DNA of 64,000 bases, taken from contig OZ244558.1 in the NCBI GenBank assembly GCA_965217575.1, forward strand, positions 1,915,507 through 1,979,506, written 5' to 3'. Below the pieces are notes generated by a model. That model saw only the letters and a program-made list of their open reading frames with translations. It did not search any database and was not told where the DNA came from. Each line of letters begins with the position of its first letter. Within the stretch, counting starts at the first letter, position 1. The translations under genes and the position numbers were made by a program. The stretch is from Pyrinomonadaceae bacterium (GTDB lineage Bacteria > Acidobacteriota > Blastocatellia > Pyrinomonadales > Pyrinomonadaceae). Below are positions 48,971-59,133 of the stretch, piece after piece.

Positions 48971-50179
48971 TCAAACCCGCGCGAGCCGCGCTTCGACTTT
49001 TGGCGGCGCGGGCAAAAGCGCAGTCTGATTTTCAGGCAGCAGCGCGGAAATTTCTTCGATAATTTTCTGCGTCGAATTAGGAATCGTCATTCCGATGGTC
49101 GCGGCTTTCATCTGCGCGTATTTTGCCGAATCATTGAGCAAACTTTGAATTGTCGGCACAATGTCAGTCGCTTTTTCGAGCAGAATTCCCGCGCCGTGTC
49201 TGGCGATCAAATTCACCGTTCCCGCTTCCTGCGGCATCGGCGGCGTAGTCGCGTCGGCGATAATCGGCAGATGACACGCCAGAGCTTCAAACGTCGTCAA
49301 ACCACCGAGTTTGGAGATCATCACGTTCGCCGTCTGCATTAATTTTTCAATTTCATCGGAATAACCGATGACTTTGACGGGAAATTTCGCAGTTTTGGCG
49401 ATTTTTTCGGCTTCTTTGCGAAGGTCCTCGTTTTTTCCGGCGAGAAAAACCGCCTGCACATCTAAATCTCCGCGCGCCAGTTCGCGGAAAATCTGCGGAA
49501 TATTGCCGCCGCCGACCCAGCCGGCGTTGACGAAAACCGTAAATTTTTCGGCATCCAGCCCGAACGCCTGCCGCGCTTTTTGAGCGGCTTTTTCGTCAAT
49601 TTCGTGAAATTTCGGATTAATCGGCATTCCCGAAATTTTAATTTTTTCCGGCGCGATGCCGTAATCAATTAACTGCCTTCGCGCGTCGTCGTTCGCCACT
49701 AAATAAAGCGAAACTTCATCGCACGCCCAGCCTTTCCAAAACCCGTAACACGGATCGGTGACGACCGTCACGAGCGGAATCTGTTCGGCTAAATTCAATT
49801 CCTTTAGTATTCTGGCGATAATATGCTGCGTCATCGGGTGAACGCTGACGACGATGTGCGGACACCATTTTTCAAATTGTTCCTTGACGTAAACGATGCA
49901 GCGGTCGAGAAAAAACTTCCTCGTTTCGGGACGAACTTTGTTGATCGTCCAGTAATAATACTTCATCCAGTGCTGCTTGTTTTTCAGAATCCAATTGTAT
50001 AAAACCACACCTCTCTGTGTAAATTTATGCGATTCTTCGACGGCTTTGACGATTCGCACGACGGCTGATTCGCCTTCCCAAAATTTGTGCAGCCCGTCAG
50101 CCAGAGACTGCGCCGCCGAACGATGCCCGCCGCCGGTGTCGGATGAAATTATTAAAATTTTCGGTGTATTCTGGGACAT
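48971..50179 (-). CDS. GT28-family glycosyltransferase, MGDG-synthase/UgtP-like diacylglycerol glycosyltransferase
   Basis: N-terminal ILIISSDTGGGHRSAAQSL characteristic of MGDG synthase-like GT28, C-terminal GT-B nucleotide-sugar domain. Confidence 0.75.
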   Translation of the reverse strand: MSQNTPKILIISSDTGGGHRSAAQSLADGLHKFWEGESAVVRIVKAVEESHKFTQRGVVLYNWILKNKQHWMKYYYWTINKVRPETRKFFLDRCIVYVKEQFEKWCPHIVVSVHPMTQHIIARILKELNLAEQIPLVTVVTDPCYGFWKGWACDEVSLYLVANDDARRQLIDYGIAPEKIKISGMPINPKFHEIDEKAAQKARQAFGLDAEKFTVFVNAGWVGGGNIPQIFRELARGDLDVQAVFLAGKNEDLRKEAEKIAKTAKFPVKVIGYSDEIEKLMQTANVMISKLGGLTTFEALACHLPIIADATTPPMPQEAGTVNLIARHGAGILLEKATDIVPTIQSLLNDSAKYAQMKAATIGMTIPNSTQKIIEEISALLPENQTALLPAPPKVEARLARV

Positions 50180-50182
50180 TTT

Positions 50183-50866
50183 TTAGATTAGATTTGCCAA
50201 AGTTTGCAAATTTAACTGCTCGTCAAAAATTGCCTGAATCGGGATTTTAAAGTCAGACAAAACGACACTGCCGATGTCGCCGCTGTTCGATTTCAGCAAA
50301 AGTTCGTAAGTTTCGTCCTGCAAAAAATACTGCTCGGCGGTTTCTTTATCAGCATCAACAATCCAATATTCCTGAACGCCGTGCGCCGCGTAATCCTGAA
50401 ATTTTGTTTCGCGGTCATATTTTTCGGTCGAATCGGACAACACCTCGACGATAAAATCCGGCGCGGGAAATTGAGATTGATCATTTGTAAATTTTTCAGA
50501 TTTTTCATTTCCGAAAAAACAAATATCAGGCTCATAATCATTTCGCGTCAAAGAAACAAGCGTTTTTCCGAAAGTAATTGCTCCCAATTTATTTTTAGAA
50601 ACAAAAGTCGAAATCAAATTAAGCAAATTCCCAAAAGCCCTTATTTCATAAAATGGAGATGGCGAATAGAAAATAATTTCGCCGTTGATAAATTCCATTT
50701 TTTTATTATCTTCAACAATCTCGTAAAAATGCCGACGCTTTTTCTGCTCGGCTTTCAGCGCGGAATCCAATTTCTGCGCGAAAAGCACCGCGTCGGGCAT
50801 TGCAAGAGCTTGTTCCAAAGAAGTTTGCATAATTTTTAAGGCAATGGAATTTCCAATTATTTGCAA
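50183..50866 (-). CDS. Uma2-family (DUF820) putative restriction-endonuclease-like protein
   Basis: PD-(D/E)xK-like core (EPDICFF...PDFIVEVLSDST...EYWIVD) typical of Uma2/DUF820; 3 nt upstream of GT28 start. Confidence 0.75.
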   Translation of the reverse strand: MQIIGNSIALKIMQTSLEQALAMPDAVLFAQKLDSALKAEQKKRRHFYEIVEDNKKMEFINGEIIFYSPSPFYEIRAFGNLLNLISTFVSKNKLGAITFGKTLVSLTRNDYEPDICFFGNEKSEKFTNDQSQFPAPDFIVEVLSDSTEKYDRETKFQDYAAHGVQEYWIVDADKETAEQYFLQDETYELLLKSNSGDIGSVVLSDFKIPIQAIFDEQLNLQTLANLI

Positions 50867-50904
50867 GTACTGCTTAATGGTTCGCTTCCAAATGTCGGAT
50901 CAAA

Positions 50905-51195
50905 TCACGCCGCTTCATAAGCAAGTTCGGGAACGGTTTTCACTTTTGAAGAAGCATTCAATATTAAATGAATCGGCTCTTCCAAATCCGAATCTGAATT
51001 AGTCAAACTCGAATTCGGAATTGGTAAAGATTCGCCTGAAAGTAAATTCGTTTCAGTCATATCAACTAAAGCGTCAGCCAAAAGTTTGCGTGTTTCATTC
51101 AAAGTTTTCCCGCAAGTTACAACTCCCGCGAAATCCAGAATTTCGCCGTGAACACCCTCATCTAAGAATTTATACCTCGCTTTGTAAGTCAACAT
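50905..51195 (-). CDS. HicB-like (UPF0150) antitoxin-family protein, orphan
   Basis: N-terminal YKFLDEGVHGEILDFAGVVTCGKTLNETRKLLADALV matches HicB RNase-H-like fold pattern; no HicA ORF adjacent. Confidence 0.55.
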   Translation of the reverse strand: MLTYKARYKFLDEGVHGEILDFAGVVTCGKTLNETRKLLADALVDMTETNLLSGESLPIPNSSLTNSDSDLEEPIHLILNASSKVKTVPELAYEAA

Positions 51196-51205
51196 CAACT
51201 TTGTT

Positions 51206-51625
51206 TTAATCACCTTCAATTTCCAAAAAAGCGCGACTCGAAAATCTGCCGTAACAGGAAAACATATCAATTCCGTCTTTATTTTTTTTATCCCATTTAA
51301 CCAGCAAATTACAGCCTTTCATCATCAATTTTTGCAGATTCTTATCCTTTCCATCCATCACTTTCCGGACATCAACAATTGTTCCCGTTTCCCCGTTTAG
51401 CAAAATTTCCGCGCTCGTAGTTTCCACATTATCTAACGGAAATTTCATATCACGCCGCCGCCAGTTATTTGACTCATTTGTAACTTTCCTTTCAAGCAGC
51501 GAATTTATTTCATCGCTGTTGAAAGTCGGATACATTTTCTCGTAAATCGTCGGTGTGTTGATCGGAAAAAATCCGCCGATCAAAAAAGCTGCTGCAAATA
51601 CAGAAATTGAAACTAATTTTTTCAT
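51206..51625 (-). CDS. secreted/membrane-anchored hypothetical protein (139 aa)
   Basis: N-terminal hydrophobic signal, strong RBS aaggag, 76 nt downstream of radical SAM gene. Confidence 0.5.
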   Translation of the reverse strand: MKKLVSISVFAAAFLIGGFFPINTPTIYEKMYPTFNSDEINSLLERKVTNESNNWRRRDMKFPLDNVETTSAEILLNGETGTIVDVRKVMDGKDKNLQKLMMKGCNLLVKWDKKNKDGIDMFSCYGRFSSRAFLEIEGD

Positions 51626-51700
51626 TTTTTTCTCCTTAGATTAATCTGTCAAAAACTTACACAAAAAAAGAGATAATAAGTTTCAATTTCTGATAAAATA

Positions 51701-52867
51701 TTACGCTTTAACAGCAATCGCTTCGTTTTGCGGCTGATTTGTATTCATATTTTTCGCGGCTTTTTTCATTTGCCCTTCGAGCCGTTTGATTTTTATCAAA
51801 TGTCCCGGATTCAGCGGCAAACTCGGATAAAAACAGTTCGATTCGTGTGTGCAGTGACAGCCGTCGGCGACTTCTTTGCGGCGTTGGTTCATTTCCGCCG
51901 TTCTCCACGCTTTCTGGAAATCCCAATCGTAATCGCGCAGATTCAAAACGTCGGCTTTGTTTTCGCACGATGAAAGCACACCGTTGTCGTAAATCACCGC
52001 GCCCGCGCTTCCGGCGTAACATTTGAGCTGCGCTTTGCCTTCTTCTTTGGTTTTCGCAATCACGTCGTGCATATAAATATCCACGGCGGCTTTGAAAAAG
52101 CCCGATTTTCCGCCGTAATTATTTTTCAGCGCGGCGTTTTTCGTGTCTTCCAAAATCTGGTGCGACAATTTCTGATACATCGTGTGATCGAAATTCAATT
52201 CGTTCGGGTCTTTTGACGGCGGGCGAATGTAATTGATATTGATTTTATCCGGTTTTAGATCGTGTTTCAGAAAATCGTACCATTCAAAAATCGTGTCCTG
52301 ATTGGAATTCATCACGCAGGTACAGGTTTGAATGTCTAATTTGGGAAACTGTTCGCGCTTCATCTGCTGCAAAGTTCGCGCCGTGTGAATCGCTTTGTCC
52401 CAACTTCCTTCTTTCTGACGAATTTTTTCGTGCGGTTCCTTTACACCGTCAATACCGAGCGCGACCGTGACGTTCAGATTCGGACATTCTTCCATAATCC
52501 GTGTGACATCGGGGAAAATTCGCTGATGAATCTGTCCGTTTGACATCAGATAAACCGAGTCTAATTTGTTATTTTCGTAAAACGAACGCACGATTTCCGG
52601 CAAATCTTTGCGTGTAAAAGGTTCGCCGCCGGCGAGAACCAATACGCCGAGATTGCCGCCGAGCGTTTCCGAAATTTTATTGATTTCGTCAGCTTTCATC
52701 TGCAATTTTTTGCGCGGACGATCATCGAGTTCTTCGGTAAAAAAACAATGTGTGCAGCGCATATCGCAAACGCTCGTCACCAATATATTTAGAAAAACGG
52801 GCGAAATCGGTTTACCGACCAGAATGCTCGCGTATCGTTTGAAAATTTCTTTGGTTGTAAAATCCAT
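51701..52867 (-). CDS. radical SAM enzyme with C-terminal SPASM/twitch-like Cys cluster
   Basis: CDMRCTHC (CxxxCxxC) at residues 34-41, GGEPF glycine-rich SAM motif, C-terminal Cys array C...C.....C..CHCTHESNC. Confidence 0.85.
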   Translation of the reverse strand: MDFTTKEIFKRYASILVGKPISPVFLNILVTSVCDMRCTHCFFTEELDDRPRKKLQMKADEINKISETLGGNLGVLVLAGGEPFTRKDLPEIVRSFYENNKLDSVYLMSNGQIHQRIFPDVTRIMEECPNLNVTVALGIDGVKEPHEKIRQKEGSWDKAIHTARTLQQMKREQFPKLDIQTCTCVMNSNQDTIFEWYDFLKHDLKPDKININYIRPPSKDPNELNFDHTMYQKLSHQILEDTKNAALKNNYGGKSGFFKAAVDIYMHDVIAKTKEEGKAQLKCYAGSAGAVIYDNGVLSSCENKADVLNLRDYDWDFQKAWRTAEMNQRRKEVADGCHCTHESNCFYPSLPLNPGHLIKIKRLEGQMKKAAKNMNTNQPQNEAIAVKA

Positions 52868-53057
52868 TTTTATTATTCCTTTAGTAAAACTTACCGCGCC
52901 GTTTTGATGCAGGAAGTTTCCGCCACGTTTTAATTTATCTTAAATCTATGCTTTTGAGCAAGATAAGTTCGTCTTAATCACCGTTTTATCTGTAATTTCA
53001 ATGTAATATTTCAGTTATAGTTTTCGACCTTTCGATAATTTGAGATAAGATAAAATT

Positions 53058-54254
53058 ATGTTTCGCAGAGTTTATTTAGACAATTCCGCCACAACGCCAA
53101 TTGATAAAACTGTCGTTGAAGCGATGCTTCCGTTTTTGACAGAAAAATTCGGCAACGCTTCGAGCATTCATTTTTTCGGTCAGGAAGCGCGCGGCGCGGT
53201 TGATAAAGCGCGGCATCAGGTCGCCGAAATTATCAACGCGCGTCCTAGTGAAATCGTCTTCACTTCCGGCGGCACGGAAGCGAATAATCTGGCGATTCGC
53301 GGTTTGATTGAAGCCAATGAAAAGTACGGCAAACACATTATCACTTCCCAAATCGAACATTCGGCGGTCAAAGAAGTTTGTGAAGATTTGGAAAAGCGCG
53401 GTTACGAAGTTACTTATTTGCCTGTTCATGAAGACGGCATCGTGAAAATCGAAGACGTTAAAAATGCGGTTCGTGAAGATACGGTTCTAATTTCGGTGAT
53501 GACAGCGAATAATGAAATCGGCACGATTCAGCCGGTTGAAGAAATCGGCAAATTCGTTCGTGAACTGAAAAGCGGCGGCAAAAAAATTTGGTTTCACACG
53601 GACGCAGTGCAAGCCATTGGCAAGATAAAAATTGATGTCGAAGAAATCGGCTGTGATTTACTGTCAATTTCGGCGCACAAAATCTACGCGCCGAAAGGTG
53701 TCGGCGCACTTTACATCAGGCGCGGCGTGAGGTTGCACAAACAAAATATCGGCGGACATCAGGAACGCGAAAAACGCGGCGGCACAGAATCCGTTCCGCT
53801 GATCGTCGCCTTCGGCAAAGCGTGCGAATTGGCGAAGAATAATTTAAAAGAAAGCGGCGAAAAACTGCGAACTTTTCGTGACATATTTGAAAGCGCGGTC
53901 GGCGAGAAAATTGACGACGTTATTTTGAACGGAAACGCTGAAAATCGCCTGCCGAACATCTCGAATTTATCTTTTAAACATATTGAAGGCGAAGGACTTT
54001 TAATAAACCTCGATATGCAGGGAATCGCCGTTTCGACGGGTTCGGCGTGTTCGTCGGGCAGTCTCGAACCGTCGCCCGTCATTCGCGCTCTCGGCAGAAG
54101 CGACGAACTCGCCCGCGGCGCGATTCGCTTTAGTTTCGGCGCGGAAAATTCGATTGAAGATGTCGAATATGTGTTGGAAGTTTTGCCGAAAGCGGTGGAA
54201 AATCTGCGCCGTCTTTCGCCGAATTTTCAAACGACTGACAAACAGGTTTGCTGA
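53058..54254 (+). CDS. iscS: cysteine desulfurase (NifS/IscS family, PLP-dependent)
   Basis: Class V aminotransferase fold, PLP Lys in SISAHKIYAPKG context, active-site Cys in GSACSSGS loop. Confidence 0.9.
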   Translation: MFRRVYLDNSATTPIDKTVVEAMLPFLTEKFGNASSIHFFGQEARGAVDKARHQVAEIINARPSEIVFTSGGTEANNLAIRGLIEANEKYGKHIITSQIEHSAVKEVCEDLEKRGYEVTYLPVHEDGIVKIEDVKNAVREDTVLISVMTANNEIGTIQPVEEIGKFVRELKSGGKKIWFHTDAVQAIGKIKIDVEEIGCDLLSISAHKIYAPKGVGALYIRRGVRLHKQNIGGHQEREKRGGTESVPLIVAFGKACELAKNNLKESGEKLRTFRDIFESAVGEKIDDVILNGNAENRLPNISNLSFKHIEGEGLLINLDMQGIAVSTGSACSSGSLEPSPVIRALGRSDELARGAIRFSFGAENSIEDVEYVLEVLPKAVENLRRLSPNFQTTDKQVC

Positions 54255-54368
54255 ATCGAAGAAATTTGCAGGGATGTCAGGATAAAGAGGGATTTTTTAA
54301 TAATCAATCTTGTCCCTGTTAATCCTGACATCCCTGCAAATCTTCTTTATGTTTTAACTTTTTGCAAG

Positions 54369-54773
54369 TCATTCTTTTTCCAAAGATTTCACATCAAAAG
54401 CGCGCGGCAGAAGTTCATTCATCGGCAAAGTTTCTGTTTTATCTTTCAAATTCGCCAGAATGACCGGAATATCGCCGCAGAATTCGTGGATAATTTGGCG
54501 GCACGGTCCGCACGGCGGCGTTAGTTCATCGGTGTCGGCGACGACCGCGATGGTTTTAAATTCTCTTGCGCCTTCGGAAATCGCCTTAAAAATCGCCACG
54601 CGTTCGGCGCACATCGTCAGACCGTAACTGGCGTTTTCGATGTTGCAGCCGGTGTAAACTGCGCCGTCTTTTGTTTCGAGTGCCGCGCCGACTTTGAAAT
54701 TTGAAAACGGCGCGACGGCTTTTTCACGCGCTTTGGCGGCTTGTTCGATTATTTTTTTGGGGGCGGTTTTCAT
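54369..54773 (-). CDS. cdd: cytidine deaminase
   Basis: Zinc-binding CAE...PCGPCRQ motifs; start at ATG 54773 (ORF-track N-extension overlaps udk). Confidence 0.85.
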   Translation of the reverse strand: MKTAPKKIIEQAAKAREKAVAPFSNFKVGAALETKDGAVYTGCNIENASYGLTMCAERVAIFKAISEGAREFKTIAVVADTDELTPPCGPCRQIIHEFCGDIPVILANLKDKTETLPMNELLPRAFDVKSLEKE

Positions 54774-54780
54774 TAGCTTA

Positions 54781-55416
54781 TCAAACAAAAATTTCCGGCT
54801 GATTCGGATTTCCGCTGATTTCTTCGCGGATTTTGCTGCAAATAAATTCGATGCCGATTTCGTGATTGGCGGATTCGGGAATGATGATGTCGGCGCGGCG
54901 TTTGCTCGGTTCGACGAATTCAAAGTGCATCGGGCGCACCGTCGCGTAATACTGCGCGATCACGGACTCAACCGTCCGCCCGCGATCAATAATATCGCGC
55001 TGCAAACGGCGAATAAAGCGAATGTCGTCGGGCGTGTCAACATAAATTCGGACATCCAACAAATTATAAATGCGCTGTTCGGAAAAAATCAGAATGCCTT
55101 CGACAATGACGACCGGCTTCGGGTCAATATGTTCGGTTTCGTGATTGCGCGTGTGCGTTTTAAAGTCGTAAACCGGCATTTCAATCGGCTGACCGAGCTT
55201 TAAACGCTTGAGATGATTCATCAGCATTTCGCTGTCAATCGAATCGGGATGATCGAAATTCGCCTGCCGCCGTTCGTCAAGCGGCATATCGGCGAGATTT
55301 CGATAATACGAATCCTGCTCGACCAAAATCACATTTTCGCGCCCGATTATTTCAATAATCCGCCGCGCGAGCGTCGTTTTTCCCGAACCTGTTCCACCGC
55401 AAATACCAATAATCAT
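54781..55416 (-). CDS. udk: uridine kinase
   Basis: P-loop GICGGTGSGKTT at N-terminus, Udk family length. Confidence 0.9.
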   Translation of the reverse strand: MIIGICGGTGSGKTTLARRIIEIIGRENVILVEQDSYYRNLADMPLDERRQANFDHPDSIDSEMLMNHLKRLKLGQPIEMPVYDFKTHTRNHETEHIDPKPVVIVEGILIFSEQRIYNLLDVRIYVDTPDDIRFIRRLQRDIIDRGRTVESVIAQYYATVRPMHFEFVEPSKRRADIIIPESANHEIGIEFICSKIREEISGNPNQPEIFV

Positions 55417-55540
55417 AATGTTTACAGAGACATCCAGAATAATTGAGATAATACTGAAAGCAATTCAACAGTTAATAAAAACTCACCAATTTAACCAATG
55501 TCAAAATATTCGCTTAGTTCTGCATATCGTTTTCATCTCA

Positions 55541-56413
55541 TTAATCTAAATTAGGAATGATTCTTTTGAGCAATCCTTTGAATATGTCAGCAACTTTTTC
55601 CCCCGTTTCCATCACTTCTTCGTGGTTGATAACTTCGTCGGAAATTCCCGCCGCGAGATTTGTGATGCAGGAAATTCCCAAAACTTTGATTCCCTGCTGC
55701 CGCGCCGCAATCGCTTCGGGAACGGTTGACATTCCAACCGCATCCGCGCCCAAAAGCCGCAGCATTCTGATTTCGGCGGGCGTTTCATAGCTCGGACCGG
55801 ACAGGGCGCAATACACGCCGCGCCGCAAAATGCGGTGGGTTTCCTGTTTTTTGCCGGTTATTTTTTCTTCGGCGATGGCTTTATCAATCGCCATTTCCTT
55901 CGCCGCCGCCATCGCAATATCCTGATATTCCAGCGAATAAACTTCCGTCATATCGGGAAAACGCGCGCCTAATCGCTCGTCATTTGCGCCGCGCAGCGGA
56001 TTAACGCCCATCAAATTTATATGATCGCGGATGAGCATCAAAGTTCCCTGTTTGAAATCCGTGTCAACGCTGCCCGCCGCGTTCGTCAAAATCAAACTTT
56101 TCACGCCGAGCAGTCCGAAAACGCGCACCGGGAAAATCACCTGCGATATTTCATAACCTTCGTAAAAGTGAAATCGTCCCTGCTGAACGGCGACCGGAAC
56201 GCCCGCGACTTCGCCCAGAACGAGCCGTCCGGCGTGTCCTTCGACGGTTGATTTACAAAAATGCGGAATTTCATCGTAGGGAATGACGACTTTGTTTTCC
56301 ACATCTTCGGCAAACGCGCCGAGTCCGCTGCCCAAAACGAGCGCGACTTTAATGTCTTCGGCGTATTTCGATTTAAGGAAATCGGCGGTTTCTTTGGCTT
56401 TTTCGTAATTCAT
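55541..56413 (-). CDS. purine nucleoside phosphorylase (PNP/MTAP family)
   Basis: PNP family fold with conserved phosphate-binding region (VLGSGLG) and GMSTVPE motif. Confidence 0.8.
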   Translation of the reverse strand: MNYEKAKETADFLKSKYAEDIKVALVLGSGLGAFAEDVENKVVIPYDEIPHFCKSTVEGHAGRLVLGEVAGVPVAVQQGRFHFYEGYEISQVIFPVRVFGLLGVKSLILTNAAGSVDTDFKQGTLMLIRDHINLMGVNPLRGANDERLGARFPDMTEVYSLEYQDIAMAAAKEMAIDKAIAEEKITGKKQETHRILRRGVYCALSGPSYETPAEIRMLRLLGADAVGMSTVPEAIAARQQGIKVLGISCITNLAAGISDEVINHEEVMETGEKVADIFKGLLKRIIPNLD

Positions 56414-56574
56414 AAGGAATTAATTTTTACCACAAAGATTGTCATTACAAAAACTTAAAATTGAGAATTCACAAAATACAAATAAAAAGACAAAGAGGTT
56501 ATTCTATTGTGTGAAACCTATCTTCTCGCAGTTCGTAAAACATTCAGCAAATTTTTATCGGGAGAAAAGTTTAT

Positions 56575-59055
56575 ATGTCATCGCTCGCATTAACTCGTCT
56601 TTTGCTCGTTTTAATCGTTGTCTTTTCAAATGTAATCGCGCCTTTGGCAAAAACGACCGATTGCAGTCCGCATCGGGAAAACTTCGCGCGGCAAAATTCT
56701 TCCGCCGATGATTTTCAAGCGCGGCTCGCCCGAATGGAAAAAATGCTCGATGCCAAACGTAAGGAACTCGGCGTTCCGGGAATGTCGGTGGCGGTTGTCA
56801 AAGACGATAAAATCGTTTTCATCAAAGGTTTTGGAGTAAAAGACGCGGAAAAAAACCTTCCCGTTACGCCCGCCACGCTTTTTCCGATTGGTTCGTCAAC
56901 TAAAGCGTTTACGGGAATGCTGATGGCGATGAGCGTTGACGACGGGAAACTCTCTTTTGCCGATTCGCCGAAAAAATATCTTTCGTATTTCAAATTGGAA
57001 GATGCGGAAGCCGATAAAAAGATCACCGTTAAAGATTTGATGATGCACGATTCGGGGCTGACGCGCACCGAACTGGTTTGGTATCCGGGCGTTTTGAGCC
57101 GCCGCGAAGTCATTCGCGCCGTCGGCGAAGCCAAACCGACTGCGCCGTTCGGCGAAAAATTTCAATATCAAAACGTAATGGTTTCGGCGGCGGGCGAAGC
57201 GTTGGCGAGCGCGGAAAATTCGACGTGGGAAGCCCTAATGAACAAAAGGATTTTGCAGCCGCTCGGAATGAAACAAACCGTGCTGACGCTGCCTGAATTG
57301 TTGCGTTCAAAAGATTTAGCACTCGGCTACGAATACGACGAGGCGGCGAAAACGATGAAGCGAACGCCGTTTCGTTCGGAAAGCGCGTTGTCGAGCATCG
57401 CTCCGGCGGGTTCGGTTTATTCAAACGCCGAAGATATGGCTGAGTGGCTGCGTTTTATGCTCGCGGGCGGCGTTTTTGACGGCAAACGACTGATTTCCGA
57501 AAAGAATTTTAACGAAGTAATTTCGCCGCAGATGAAAAATATCGGCGGAACGGACACGAGTTACGGTTTGGGCTGGTTTTTAATCAACCGCAAAGGACAT
57601 AAAATCATTCAGCACGGCGGCAGCATTGACGGTTTTCGTGCCGAAGTTTCGATAATGCCGGACGAACATCTCGGTTTTGTGATTCTTACCAATTCATACA
57701 AAACGCCGCTCGTCGCGCCCGATTCGGGCGGCAGCGGCGCAGCAGAAGAAGTAATCTGGTCGAATTTGATAGATGAACAAAAACCGGATGATGCGAATAA
57801 TTCAAAATCTACTGAAAACCCGCAAAATGCAATCGGAAAATATACGGTAGCCAATGTTACCGTCGAAATTACTATGAGAGACGGCGTTCTCGTGCTGAAT
57901 GTTCCCAATCAGCACGCTTATCCGCTTGAAAATGTCGGCGGCAGGCGGTATAAATTCGCCGGTGATTCGCCCGCCGCCGGACACTTTGTTACTTTTCGCC
58001 CGGCGGAAGGAAACGTGGAGAAAACCGAAATGTTTCTCGAACAGCCGCCGCCGAAACGAAATTTAGTATTTACAAAAATAAATTCCGATGCCGAAACGCC
58101 CGAAACGACGACCGGCAGCGGCGAACGATATAAAGACATAGCGGGAAATTATGAAATACAAGAGAAAGGTCAAAAAACGGTTTTTCGATTGGTCGTGCAA
58201 AACGGCAAATTAACTGTAATGCGTCCGGGACAAAGTTCATTCACGCTCATCGAGAAAGGCAAAGATACGTTTTCAATCGCCGGCGCGCCCGACACTTACG
58301 AAGTAAATGTTGTAAGAAATCAGGCTGGTGAAGTTTCGGGTTTATCCACAAAACAGCCGAACGGAAACGTCGAAATGAAGCGCGTGGCAGACTACAAATC
58401 GCCGATTTCAGCCGAAGAATTGATGATGCGCGAGATCAACGCGCTCGGCGGCGAAGCGAATCTGCGAAAACATAAGACGCTGGAGACGACTTACGACATT
58501 AATCTCGTCAATCAAGGTGTCAGCGGCACGGGAACGATCCGCGAAAAAATGCCGAATTTGAGAACGAATACAATGATTTTAACCGCGCTAGGCAAGCAGC
58601 TCGGCACAATCCGCGAATATTTTAATGGCACGACGGGCGGCACGACATCGAGTTTTTTGCCGCCGGAAACAAACAGCGAAGCGGAATTGGCGCAGGAAAA
58701 AGCCGCGTCGGATTTTTACGCGCCGCTCGATTGGCAAAAGGTGTATAAAAAAATCGAAATTACCGGCACGACCAAAATCGGCGGCGAAGACGCATACATC
58801 GTTACAAAAACTCTGAATGACAATTCAGCGATTACCGACTACATTTCATCCAAAAATTATCTCTTGCTCAAACGCGACACTCCGCGTGGCATTACCGAAT
58901 ACGGCGATTATCGTGAAGTTGAGGGCGTGATGCTGCCGTTTAAATGGACAATCAAAAGCCCGAATACGGGTGAGCAAATCATCAATATTAAAACGGCGAA
59001 ATTCGATGTGCCGATTTCCGACGATATTTTTACAGACGCGCGTCAAAAGCGTTAG
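56575..59055 (+). CDS. serine hydrolase of beta-lactamase/PBP (class C-like) family with ~450-aa C-terminal extension, secreted
   Basis: Signal peptide; SxxK active site (GSSTKAF), downstream Y-x-N and HGG motifs; long extra C-terminal beta-rich region. Confidence 0.75.
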   Translation: MSSLALTRLLLVLIVVFSNVIAPLAKTTDCSPHRENFARQNSSADDFQARLARMEKMLDAKRKELGVPGMSVAVVKDDKIVFIKGFGVKDAEKNLPVTPATLFPIGSSTKAFTGMLMAMSVDDGKLSFADSPKKYLSYFKLEDAEADKKITVKDLMMHDSGLTRTELVWYPGVLSRREVIRAVGEAKPTAPFGEKFQYQNVMVSAAGEALASAENSTWEALMNKRILQPLGMKQTVLTLPELLRSKDLALGYEYDEAAKTMKRTPFRSESALSSIAPAGSVYSNAEDMAEWLRFMLAGGVFDGKRLISEKNFNEVISPQMKNIGGTDTSYGLGWFLINRKGHKIIQHGGSIDGFRAEVSIMPDEHLGFVILTNSYKTPLVAPDSGGSGAAEEVIWSNLIDEQKPDDANNSKSTENPQNAIGKYTVANVTVEITMRDGVLVLNVPNQHAYPLENVGGRRYKFAGDSPAAGHFVTFRPAEGNVEKTEMFLEQPPPKRNLVFTKINSDAETPETTTGSGERYKDIAGNYEIQEKGQKTVFRLVVQNGKLTVMRPGQSSFTLIEKGKDTFSIAGAPDTYEVNVVRNQAGEVSGLSTKQPNGNVEMKRVADYKSPISAEELMMREINALGGEANLRKHKTLETTYDINLVNQGVSGTGTIREKMPNLRTNTMILTALGKQLGTIREYFNGTTGGTTSSFLPPETNSEAELAQEKAASDFYAPLDWQKVYKKIEITGTTKIGGEDAYIVTKTLNDNSAITDYISSKNYLLLKRDTPRGITEYGDYREVEGVMLPFKWTIKSPNTGEQIINIKTAKFDVPISDDIFTDARQKR

Positions 59056-59133
59056 TTAGCTCAATTGAGGAATATAATTTCAGTATTCAACTTTTCTTTT
59101 TCGTATGCTAAAATCTGATTTTGTATAAACATT

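Noticed and set aside
51206-51625. 139-aa protein upstream of HicB as the missing HicA toxin
   Set aside because: HicA is ~60 aa with a dsRBD-like fold and no signal peptide; this protein has an N-terminal secretion/membrane signal and no similarity.
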